Assembly: GCA_043228905.1 (NCBI GenBank)
Contig: JBHGNT010000013.1
Span: 16,802,001-16,866,000, forward strand
DNA: 64,000 nucleotides
Reading direction: 5' to 3'
Source of the DNA: Azolla caroliniana
Lineage: Eukaryota; Plantae; Polypodiophyta
This document shows positions 40,519-51,360 of this stretch, piece after piece. A program made the position numbers and the translations under genes. The notes under the pieces were generated by a model. That model saw only the letters and a program-made list of their open reading frames with translations. It did not search any database and had not been told where the DNA came from. Positions within the stretch are counted from its first letter, which is position 1. Each line of letters starts with the position of its first letter.

Positions 40519-42954
40519 CTAAGTTTTATTAGGCATAACAGGGGATAGGTCTAACTGTTTAGCAAGATTCTTTCCCTGCATCATCTTACTAGCTGGCCCC
40601 AAGATGAAGAGTTGAGGCAGCCACGTGACAATCTCATAAGCAAATATTCTGTAGAAGAGGAAGGTTAGGTACCACCCAGGAACGATCACATATCGCCTCC
40701 TCTGTACAGCCCCCTCCACAATTGCCATGGCTGCTATTTCCGGGGAGATCATAGGCCACCATTTTGGAATATGCCCCTAATATCCCATACATCATGTACA
40801 ATAGGTGCTGCTTATTATTCACAAACATTAGGAAAAGAATATTGACAAGAAATTATATTACCGGAGGCTCTCTCTCGGTCATCTCTGTATGGACAAAGCC
40901 AGGGAAAGCTATAGTTATGCTGATGTTCTTCTTTCCCCAATAGTTTTCAACTCGGAGTGTATCATAGAAGCTAGTAATTGCACCTTTTGCTGCCTATAGT
41001 CAATGAGAAATTGATGAATCAAAGGATTGAGGAGGCAGGGTTTGATTGTTAAGAATATACTGCACATAGAGACAGATCTATATTGCTCATGTGGCTTATG
41101 AACCACCAGACAAAACAAAATTTATGAGAACCCTATAAAACCAAATTTCTGATGGAGTGAATTTGTATAACTGTGGGGAGAACTGCTGCTGGTACAGAAA
41201 AGATCACTCAAAACACTACGAACTTGAGAGCAATTAGTTTTATTTATCATTTTCTACTTACACTGTAGAGTGTAATGTAAGGATAAGGCATGTATGCAGC
41301 CACCGAGGATGTAACAACAATCTGTCCTCGAGTCTGATGGAGGTGTTCGAGTGCATACAATGTTGTATATATGTTGCCCCAAAAGTCCACATCCTAAATC
41401 CAGACAAAGAATAGTAATTAAGCTACAATATACACATGATTTTGTTGATACATACTAACATATTACACATGCAATATTGTAGAAGATTTAAGGCTTTTAC
41501 CATCACATGGGCACAGTCCGCCATATTTTTGGAGTCCTCGAACAATCCACTGTTCGTTGTGCCAGCATTGTTGACAAGAATGTCCACTATTTAATACAAT
41601 ATATATATATATATATATTGTATTGTTAATGAAGAATGTCTATTTAAGTATTGCATGCGGATTAATTATGAATTGTAAGGCTATGTATGAATGCATGAAC
41701 ATAAGACTTCAGTCTCTGCTATCAAACACTCATTTATATGCATGAACATAGGGCATGTACGTATGCATGCATGTGCATAGACATATGCGAATGTGTTGTA
41801 TGTGTAAGATAACATATATGCATATGCCAATGATATAAACACATTATTATGATGTATGTATGATGACATACATGTATTAAATGACAATGATATATACACC
41901 CGACATTCAAAATTTCAAGTATTTCAATCAAATTTCTATGACCCCATTGAAAAAAAAATGGAATTTGGTAAGTACGGCGGCCGAAAGTCTCGATTGTGAA
42001 ATTGACCATCTGCTTGCAATTCTCCTCACTTGTGACATCTGATGGGAAAATGGCCACTCCCTTGGCTCCATAATCTTGGCACTCTTTCAACACCTGCCGC
42101 AGACGCTGCTCACGCCGTGCCACCAACACCAGCTTGGCTCCACGCCTCGCATACTCGATCGCAATTTGCTAGAATAATAATTGAATTATTGTTTACATAC
42201 CAAATACCTCATTGATTCCATTAAATCCTCATATGTGTGAGTGGTAATAATGTGAAATATCAGGTAGGTTCAATTCTCTATTATTACGAGCCTGGGGTTG
42301 AAGGATGAAAAAATGATGCATAGATAAGTAATCAAATCATCTTGATCCTCTATTTCTAGCCCCTCTATTCCTACCCCCCAGTTAAAGAATGACAAATGAT
42401 GCACAGATAAGTAATCAAATCATCTTGATCCTCAATTTCCTAAAGAATGACAAATGATGCATAGATAAGTAATCAAATCATCTTGATCCTCAATTTCTAG
42501 CTGGGGTTTCGAGGATGTCAAAATGATGCATACATACGTAATCAAATTATCTCGATCCTCCATTTCTAGCCGATGATGCATAGATAAGTAATCGAATCAT
42601 CTTTATGCTCTATTTCTAGCCGGGGTTTCGAGGATGCCAAAATGATGCATGCAATATAGATAAGAAAGAAATTGAGACAGCTCAATGAACTCCATTAACA
42701 GAGTTACGGATTTCCGAGGATGTCAAATCGATGCAATTACATAAAAATGAATGTACGAATTTTGTAAAGATTTTTACCTGGCCTATCCCTGATGTGGCAC
42801 CGGTGACAAGGACAACTTTGTTAGGGACGATAACAGGGCCCGAGGGTTGCACGAAGAGAAGGCGCAAGCGCCGCAACACGCCATCTACGGTGAATACGGC
42901 GCAGGGGAGGAAGAGGAGGGCAGCAGCAGAGAAGAGGTATCCCAGCAACATCAT
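40519..42954 (-). CDS. 11-beta-hydroxysteroid dehydrogenase-like / steroleosin-type short-chain dehydrogenase, about 6 exons
   Basis: Hydrophobic Pro-containing N-terminus (LLFLPCAVF). Rossmann 'VVLVTGATSGIG', 'LVLVARREQRL', 'DILVNNAG', 'DVDFWGNIY', catalytic Y-S-A-A-K across an exon junction, 'FPGFVHTEMT'. Confidence 0.92.
42292..42665 (+). repeat. Intronic minisatellite, ~50 bp core x5 plus a partial copy
   Basis: Core 'aaatgatgcatagataagtaatcaaatcatcttgatcctc.atttctagc' at ~42311, 42394, 42452, 42520 and 42573, partial at 42639. Confidence 0.9.
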
Positions 42955-43292
42955 AATGCCTTACGCTACCTGATGATGATGATGGCCGCATTGGCTGCCT
43001 GGTGAGTGTGAGGAAGAGCAACAGAGGAGTATGGCTGTACATAGATAGGTGGGCATCATGCAGGAGAAACTGAGAGAGGTCACCATTATCTCTTTGCATG
43101 ATAGGTACTACCATGACACGTACCCCTCACCCCCCCCACCCCCCAAAACCCCAAAGCAGACTCTAGCCTCCATTCTACACACATATATTCCAATTTCTAA
43201 TGGCAGGTAGCCATGTCTATTGATTACACAATCTTTTTCAAAGAAACTCGGAGACACATGCGCGAAGCGAAGCTGGGCGATGACTCCACCAC

Positions 43293-43545
43293 ATAACTTA
43301 GAAATATATCGAGGCGAGAGAAGTATATGTGAGAGCCTGTAGAAAGATCCATACATAGAGTCAGTCGGTCATCTTTTCGAATGTTAGGAAATACCAACCT
43401 CAATCTGTGCTTCCTAATGATAGCTCCCAATAACTTAGAAATTTATATCGAGGCGAGAGAAGTATACGTGAGAGCATATAGACAGATCGATACATAGAGT
43501 CGCTCGGTTATCTTTGCGACTGTTAGGAAATACCAACCTCAATCT
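43293..43545 (+). repeat. Tandem duplication, ~115-135 bp x2, in the HSD promoter
   Basis: 'ataacttagaaat.tatatcgaggcgagagaagtata.gtgagagc...tgttaggaaataccaacctcaatct' at 43293 and 43429. Confidence 0.9.
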
Positions 43546-43639
43546 TGGACTCTGTCTAGATTCCAGCTTTATTATTATTATTATTACTCTTCGAGCATGT
43601 TGTCTCTATAAATGTTAGAGATATAGGAAGATGCAAAGT

Positions 43640-44690
43640 AGCTAGAGATACTCGGGTGCAAAACTTCAAAGGATACATCCATTGACCCCTCTTATAAAAT
43701 CGGGGAGGAACAATCAAGGTGGTGATGCCCCATGAATAAGATACAATATCTCTACCCAAAGCACCAAGCTAAGAAACTTAACAGATCAATCATTTTCACT
43801 CTTGGTATATGTATTGACAATGTGGCCTCTGGATTTGAATTGGTGGCGCCAAAGAAACCATGGAGTCACTCAATGACAAAAAGATTTGCATGAGGGTGGC
43901 ATTGAGTAATGGATGTTGCTTAGCAATTCAAGATTCGATTCTATTCAATGCAAAAAGCGTTTCTCTAGTGGACCAAGCATTTGGTGGTACTTTTAATAAA
44001 TAGACAAATTTCAAGTTGGACATTTGCTTGCTATTTGATGCTTGATTGTTTTCCTTAAACACACTTGTTAAACCATTTGGGTTATTAAGTCACAAATGTG
44101 GGTACTATTAACTTCCCACATTTATGGTTTTGGTATGATTGGAATATACAGAAAGGACTCCTATTAGTTTTCTCCATGGAATATAATAACTTGTTTCAGT
44201 ATCAAACAATAAATTGATATAGTTTCTGGAGATTTACCTTCATATAATCTAGGCTTATGACACCTCAGAGGGTTCACGTTATTGTCACGGTCATTACTAT
44301 AGAAGAAAGGTTTGAGTGAGGGTTTGCAATTTTTTTCCATTTAACCTATGAACTATGTATACTGTTATGAAAATTAAGGAACATCTCCAAATGCTTTTTA
44401 TAAGTGACATTAAAGATTCAATACAATTACAATATCTATAGATTCCATTAACACTTCCATTTGCGACAATCTCTCTAATAAACACTCCAAAGTCGAAAGT
44501 GATCGGAAGTCATGTGCCTTGGCCTTCTTCATTGTGTGTGTGTGTATGGTATGGTCAATCTCCTCATGTGTCACATCTCAGTCTTTGGAGCAGTCGCGTA
44601 TACCTACATACAATCAAAGAACAGGTCAAAGCTAGAGAATCATTGCATCAAAGGGCGGTTTATTGGATATGGAGACCCTGATTCCCCATC
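43640..44690 (+). mobile_element. Ty1/Copia remnant (protease-like and post-integrase segments)
   Basis: Across a frameshift, 'WYGQSPHVSHL / VFGAVAYTYIQSKNRSKLENHCIKGRFIGYG' matches the Copia 'FGC.AY.hip...R.KLd..s..c.FiGY' segment (44547-44675). 'WI*IGGAKETM' near 43830 resembles WILDSGAS.HM. Confidence 0.75.
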
Positions 44691-44726
44691 AAGAAGTGTG
44701 CAATCCCTAATATATTATCGTTACTC

Positions 44727-44962
44727 AATACCATTCTGTATGATTTAAAGCTGAAACAGGAGATAAATATACAGATCAATTTACATCCCCCAACATTGAA
44801 GATACAAAGCAGACTAGCATCATACATCAGAACCAGATATAACAAACAGTGCATTGTCAATACCATTCCATATGATTTTAGGCTGAAACAGGAGATAAAT
44901 ATACAGATCAATTTACATTCCCCAACATTGGTAGTGACAAAGCAGCCTAGCATCATACATCA
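44727..44962 (+). repeat. Tandem duplication, ~105-130 bp x2, just 3' of ZMAT5
   Basis: 'tcaataccattc..tatgattt...gctgaaacaggagataaatatacagatcaatttacat.cccaacattg...caaagcag.ctagcatcatacatca' at 44727 and 44857. Confidence 0.9.
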
Positions 44963-45051
44963 TAAGCATATATCACAAACAGTACATTGGTTTATGTCAA
45001 TAACAAAGAGAGTTAATTATCTCAAGGCTATTTTTAACAATGGTAATTAGT

Positions 45052-46445
45052 CTACCCCCAATCTATTTTTGGAAGAGACCAAACAGCTTTATCTAATGGA
45101 GGTCTCAATGAAGGCGGCAAATTAAAGAAAGTGGGTGCTGGGGCCTCATAGCTGGTACCTGACAACAATACACATTTCATAATTAGGCAATACAATATGC
45201 ATCAAAACACTAATATCATCAAAAATACATTTCATAATTTGTTAAAATGGAAGTCCAACAACATAAATGAAAGCTGTTCCTCTGGAAATAACCCTTGGTG
45301 GTAATCCCTCCCAATGTAGAACAAAACAGCAAAAATAAATATATAGATGTGTATATATAATACAAACACATGTGCTGTCTGTCATGTAAATGCAAATACA
45401 AATCTATTGCATGTTTTGGAACATCGAAGCATCCCCATAAACTTCAAATGATTGATGCTTTGCTTGGCATCTTGTTCTTTATTCCAGCACACAAATTTCT
45501 TAGAATTGACCACATCATACTAGCATGTCTTCATTAAAAGAAAAAATCACATATTTATTCAATGAACTGAGAGGTTGCATATTCCTAAAACAGTTGGAAT
45601 TTTTTTTATGTTAATCTATTTACAAATTTAAGACATTCAATTTCAATCCCACGTCGAAGAAATTATATTTCCCTCCTGAAAAATGCATTGCATACCAGTA
45701 GGCGGTTGGTTTTTTGAAGCTGCAAAATGCTGATATCTGCACCGGTTGCCGAAACTGCAGAAGCCCTGCAAAGTCCCTTTTCTAGTTCAAATCTTTGTAG
45801 GAGAACCAAATTCATGAATGTTAATCTTCCACAACATTTGATTTGTAGATTGAATCATATTGCATAAAAACCCTCGGGCTACAAAAATCTATCAATAGGT
45901 CGTGGCTAGCTAGAGAAATGGAAGTCCATTGAAAATTCAAGCATTTCACTTGCCCTTAAAGCTAGGATTTCATTAACTGCATCTGGTGGGGATTAGACAC
46001 AAAACATACTTACCGTTCTCATGAATTGTGAACACATCCTTGGCCCTGAAGCCTGGAACGGCTGTGGATCTATGATGCAGAAGAAGCCATAAATCTGTTA
46101 TCTTTTGTATGATAGAGAAAAAGATGGAAAAATGGAAAAAGAAAAACCAGCAAAAAGGATATTTTATCAGCTTGGCATACACAGTATGGAGCTTCTCAAC
46201 AATGTAAAAGCTCCATTTTTTTGTTGTTGTTATTGTCTTGTCCGAGAGAGTGGAAAAAAAGCAAGAGCAGGAAATCCGAATATAAAAGAAGGAAAGAAGG
46301 AAGGGGCAATACCATGGATGAAAGAATCGAACCATGCTTTCTTGGCACGCTGGTGCATGGATCCCTGCAGGTGCCGGCGGCGGGCGACTGGGGTGTCCTG
46401 GAACTGCTTGTCGCAGTAATCGCAGTAGTACTTAGGGAGCGGCAT
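45052..46445 (-). CDS. ZMAT5: U1-type matrin zinc finger + CCCH protein, U11/U12 snRNP 20K subunit homolog
   Basis: MPLPKYYCDYCDKQFQDTPVARRRHLQGSMHQRAKKAWFDSF, then a CCCH finger across exons (CSQFMRT|GFCSFGNRCRYQH), and the C-terminal signature LPPSLRPP...LPKIDWG*. Four exons inferred. Confidence 0.92.
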
Positions 46446-46603
46446 GGCAAAAACAGACAAAACCACATACAGACACGATTGTATGTATATGATCTAATCA
46501 GCCCTTTCAGATGCTGCAGTCTCCCCCTACTCCTTCCTTTTTCTTCTTCTTCCTCTGTTCCCCTGTTCCCCTGCTCCTTCTACAGAATTCATGTTAAAGA
46601 AGA

Positions 46604-46869
46604 CTTAGTACGTAAATATACTCGAATGCACTGGCACACATTCGAATGCAAAAAACGAATAAACAAGAATGCGTATGTTACCAAACCATTCTTATGTTTT
46701 TTTTTTAATTACACTTTTTACCTTTTCTTACCTTAAAAAAAATAAAATTACCATATAATAAACAATGAATACAAAAGTATGGTATTTACCTTACTTCGAG
46801 GGTGTTTACCATACTCGAATGATTGAAACATTCTCGATTGCCCATATGGTACGTATTGTTCATACTATG
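46604..46869. mobile_element. Second, shorter copy of the hAT-like MITE, ~160 bp upstream of the ZMAT5 ATG
   Basis: Ends 'cttagtacg' and 'catactatg'. Internal 'tggtattta.c.tt.ctt.gagggtgttt...cgaatgattgaaacatt...tatggtac.ta..gttcat' is shared with 37058-37320. Confidence 0.65.
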
Positions 46870-46959
46870 CGTGACTACGCCATACGTCTCTCTCTCCCTA
46901 GACCAAAGCATTGGGGGGGGGGGGGAGGTGAGTATCGGGGTCGGGGACACGATGATGGG

Positions 46960-47830
46960 CACCCTCAAACTTGGTAACATGAAGCTAAGTGAAGCATATA
47001 CATAACATTGATGGCTACATTATAAAATTTGGATGGTCCTGCACTAGAAGCAATATTGGGCGTGCAAGAGTGGTTTTGTATTTATCATGAGGACCTGCAA
47101 AATTGCATATGAGTATGTTAAGTGGCATGTTGTTACATTCCTCATAGAGAGAATCCAACTGCTATAGTTTGTATGAGCTAAATCATGACGATCCTTTCTT
47201 TGAAGTATGTGTTGACATTCTTACATAGAAGAAGATTGGAAAAGCGCTGCTTATGTCATATTTTAATGCTAGAGTTCTCAAAATGTGGAAGTCGATGATA
47301 ATGCAATGGTGTCACATTTGGTGCATGACTCAAAAGATTGTACTATGATGATTATGGTAGACTTCTTATACACATGCTTAAATGCACAAACTTGCATATT
47401 CTCAATTGTACCCATGCGTTTTTTATGACAAATGTTTTGACATGTCTTCTAGCTTCTAGGGGAGGAAGTGTAGTTGATTATGTATTGGTGAAAGAATGCG
47501 ATGCATCCATAGTGAATGTATTGGCCCATTGTCACTTGACTCATACAACAAGCTTATACTTACACGTTACATTAAAAAACTCGCTCTTTGACTAATGCTT
47601 TAAGAGTATAAAAATAAAAAAGGTACATTGTGAGACCTTGCTATGAAAAAGCTAATCTATATGCAAATGAGGTTGAGGGTTTTGTCATGAACTCTTCCTT
47701 AGTAAAGATGTGAAAACAAATTGGGAGCAATTGAAGGGTAGGGTATGAATATTTTAGTGCACGTGCGTTGGACGTTAGATACTTTCCCATGCAATACTTG
47801 GTTTGATGAAGAATGCAAGGCTCATTTAAA
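46960..47830 (+). mobile_element. Decayed LINE APE-endonuclease fragment (same type as at 12100-12520)
   Basis: 'YGRLLIHMLKCTNLHILNCT...TCLLASRGGSVVDYVLV' is the endonuclease C-terminal motif (G..Ll..c....l.ilNG...T.....G.S.iDY). 'WFDEECK' near 47800. Confidence 0.75.
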
Positions 47831-47844
47831 AATGTTCAAGCTCA

Positions 47845-50110
47845 CTTCTTCTTTGAATAGGGCAACCTCACTTGATACATGTTAAAACATATCTATTTGT
47901 TCTCCATTCGCACCATTACTTCAATATACCATAATTCACATTCTCTTTTATGTGAGTAGGGTTATTTGAGCATAGGTGAGGAGAATCATTAAGTATGCAT
48001 TTTTTCCATAAACAATTGTGAGAGACTCAAAGTACCATACTTTAATACAATGTCTTGCAGTCATCCACACTCGAGTTTACTTTTGATACATTGACAATCT
48101 TGTTAATTCTTATGTACACAATCCTCTCACAATCACAATCTCTCGATTGTAACATTTGTGAAAATAAAATCTTGGACATTATAAGTTACTATTCATTTTC
48201 ACACATAATGTAAAAATGATTCGCTTTTGGACCCATAGGCCATATTTAACCTTTAAGGACAAAAATAAAATCTAACTATCTACTTATTTACCTCTCCAAC
48301 ACACACCTCAAAATTAAATCTACATTTCTACCGAATGTGCCAATTTACAAGAAGCAATTGTTGAAATATATGATAGATGTACTATACAAAACAACTTTAA
48401 TGTAAACGACTTTCATTATATAGTGGTGTAAAACCTTCAAGGAAGGTGACAAAAGCAAAAATATTAACTACAAGATTTAAATGTGCTGAGATGATGCATG
48501 CATCAATTGTAGGGTTTGAACCTGTTTGTTCAAACCGGCAATTTGATGGCATTTAGTCAACCAAACCAAGAATTTACATACCAATATGTTATTGCTTTAC
48601 AAAATGATGTATTGCAACCTTTTATATGTACATAATATTGGCGATATACATAATATCATGAGATATCACTAACTTGCACAAGCTAATGCAAGATCAACAA
48701 ATGGCATTGCTTGCATGAATGCCATATGACGATCATGCATGGGTCCAAGGATGCTATATAATGTGGTGATTTCATCATTGTGGAACCATTCTGGTTCAAA
48801 GCTAGTCTTCAACATATTCTTGTTCTTCTCGCTAATATAATTATGTTCTCCTCTTCTTTTCTTCTTTTCTTGTATGATTCTATCTTGTTTTGGGTTATAG
48901 CCTTGATATATTCTCTTGTAACCCTCTGTGTCAACTAATCGTGCTCGTAAATTAGCAAATCATAGACATTGTTTGTTTTTACTAAGTGAGACACCTATTT
49001 CCTACAAATGTCCAATCAACTTTCAAGTCTAGGCTCAAGGAAATCTACATTTTGGCATTATAAAGTTGCCCCCCGGAAATGTACAACAATGGAGAAGTTA
49101 AAATTTGGGTTCCCACGCAATAACATTTTGATACATTGGCAACATTGATGCTTCTCAAGGGGGTTGAATTATGGGGTGGTAGGACCCTCACTTGACATCA
49201 AGATATCCAAGGGTGTTTTCTTATGAAGTCTCTCAAGTCAATCTACAAATGCCTTACATACTCTACTCCTTGAGCCTAGATCACTTCCCATTGAGAACAT
49301 TGAGTTCAAAAGACACCCCCATATCAACATCTAGGATTATATGAGAAGCAAGTAAAAATATTCAAAGACACACAAAATAGAACTTTTGGATTCCAAAATA
49401 AATACAGATATGATGAAATAATTTTGCAAATGAGATGCATCACACTTGATTCATGGGGCATCAATATACTCTAAGAAGGTGGTTTTTCCCCAACACATAT
49501 GAATCACAACATGAGAATCATGTGGAGGCTCACATTGCATACATTATATTGCATGTGTTGCACTGAATTACGAAACCATCTTCTTCTTTGAATAGGGAAT
49601 CTCACTCATCGATATATGCTAAAGCCAATTTCGTGATCAATGATCCACACCATAGCCTAAATACAACTTTGGTCACATTCGATTTGTCGTGAGATGGATC
49701 ATTCGGCATAGGTGAGGAGACTCATTAACTATGTATATTTTGCTCTAAAGAAGTGTCAAAGTACCATACATCAATATAATATGTTGCATTCATCTACATT
49801 CATGTTTGCTTCCATACATTGCTAATTTGGTCAAGTCCATAAACACATTCCTCTCACAATATGAACACTTGACGGTGATATTTATTAGTGAAATTCTTAG
49901 ACATCGAGAGTCCTTACTCAATTCCATGCATACTATGTAGAAATTATTCACTTTTGGACCCATAGGCCAGGTTTGACCTTAAAATCTATGTACCTAATAT
50001 CAATCTATCTCAAACACAAGTATAAATTAAATGGCATATCTATCAAAGGCTCCAATTGACCATACACGAACATTAGAATATATTATAGGTGTACTACTCC
50101 GAACAATTAT
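47845..50110 (+). repeat. Diverged direct repeats, ~550 bp (47845-48400 and 49580-50110)
   Basis: Colinear anchors 'cttcttctttgaataggg', 'cataggtgaggaga.tcattaa', 'caaagtaccatac', 'cctctcacaat' and 'cttttggacccataggcca' occur in both copies. Confidence 0.8.
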
Positions 50111-50248
50111 AGAATGGAACTTATGTAAGTCCATCGTTTCTTTTTCGTATTTTGACGTCATCTTCAACATCAAGCAATGCTAAACAAAGCTTATCCATGG
50201 AAAAGGATTTACTATTCTTCTTTCCCACTTTTGGTACCTTAAGCTAAG

Positions 50249-50707
50249 GCAATCCTCGAGTATACAATTGGTCCTTATTTCAAACGATTCCTCAGTTTCG
50301 TTGTCGACGATGAGAATGAGGATTGCATCGATGATGGAGAGGTGGCAACATCGAAGAATATGGTTTGATAGACATGCTACTTTTTCACATACATGGGTTC
50401 CAAAAGATTAACTAGAGAATGAGGATTGCATCGATGATGGAGAGGTGGCAATATCGAAGAATATGGTTTGATAGACATGCTACTTTTTCACATACATGGG
50501 TTCCAAAAGATTAACTACAAGGCAAGGAGTTTCTGAATATTGCAATCCTAAAGTATACAATTGGTCCTTATTTCCAACGATTCCTCAATTGCGTTGTCAA
50601 CAAAGAGAATGAGGATTGCATCGATGATGGAGAGGTGACAATATTGAAGAATATGGTTTGGTAGGCATGCTTTTTCGTCACATACATGGGTTCCAAAAGA
50701 TTAACTA
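50249..50707 (+). repeat. Compound tandem repeat A-B-B-A-B (A ~60 bp, B ~103 bp) downstream of tRNA-Ser
   Basis: B = 'gagaatgaggattgcatcgatgatggagaggtg...catacatgggttccaaaagattaacta' at 50312, 50415 and 50604. A = 'gcaatcct..agtatacaattggtccttatttc.aacgattcctca.tt.cgttgtc' at 50249 and 50542. Confidence 0.92.
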
Positions 50708-50860
50708 CAAGTCATGTGTTGGTGGTGGTGGTATTAACCAAAACCTTCATTGTATAGTGTGGGGTAAAACCTTTAAGAAAGGTGACAACAGGAGATGTAT
50801 CCAAAAGATAGCGACGAATTTAATATTACAGTCGTTTGTGCCAAAAACGAAGCAAAGCAG

Positions 50861-50865
50861 AAAAA
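50861..50865 (-). terminator. Pol III oligo-T terminator of tRNA-Ser
   Basis: TTTTT immediately follows the discriminator base on the minus strand. Confidence 0.85.
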
Positions 50866-50946
50866 CGTCGGCTGCAGGGTTCGAACCTGCGCGGGCGAAC
50901 CCAACAGATTTCAAGTCTGTCGCCTTAACCACTCGGCCAAACCGAC
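50866..50946 (-). tRNA. trnS-UGA: tRNA-Ser(UGA), nuclear type
   Basis: Minus strand GTCGGTTTGGCCGAGTGGTTAAGGCGACAGACTTGAAATCTGTTGGGTTCGCCCGCGCAGGTTCGAACCCTGCAGCCGACG. It has an A box, anticodon stem ACAGA/TCTGT with TGA, a long variable arm, a B box GGTTCGAACC, and no encoded CCA. Confidence 0.97.
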
Positions 50947-51077
50947 GAATTTGATACTCGTCTTCGCTAAACTAAATTTATACGCATTTATGTTTGGATT
51001 TATCACTGTGACTACGTTAGTACGTTCAGCTCTGTTTTTCTGGCAGCAGATGGTGGTGGTGATGATGATAATGCGAG

Positions 51078-51360
51078 TAACAGAGAATGCTTAGGCCTGT
51101 TTCTGGCTTGATGTTACAGCCATGTTTGTTGAATTTGACAGCTATTTTACAAAACTGCAAGCAAGAGACAAACCTCCCAAAAACACTAAATTTGCATGCG
51201 TACATGAAGAGAAATAATGGGAATAACAGAGAATGCTTAGGCCTGTTTCTGGCTTGATGTTACAGCCATATTTGTTGACTTTGACAGCTATTTTACAAAA
51301 GGGCAATCAAGAGACAAACCTCCCAAAAACACTAAATTTGCATGTGTACATGAAAAGAAA
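51078..51360 (+). repeat. 146-bp-period tandem duplication of the PPR start region
   Basis: 'taacagagaatgcttaggcctgtttctggcttgatgttacagccat...aaacactaaatttgcatg.gtacatgaa.agaaa' occurs twice, with ATGs at 51087 and 51233. Confidence 0.93.

Noticed and set aside
42292-42665. CRISPR-like repeat-spacer appearance
   Set aside because: Eukaryotic intron, linkers are related to one another and of irregular length, and there are no cas genes.
45052-46445. U12-type introns in the minor-spliceosome gene ZMAT5
   Set aside because: The inferred donors (GTATTG, GTAAGT, GTATGC) lack the U12 consensus RTATCCTT.
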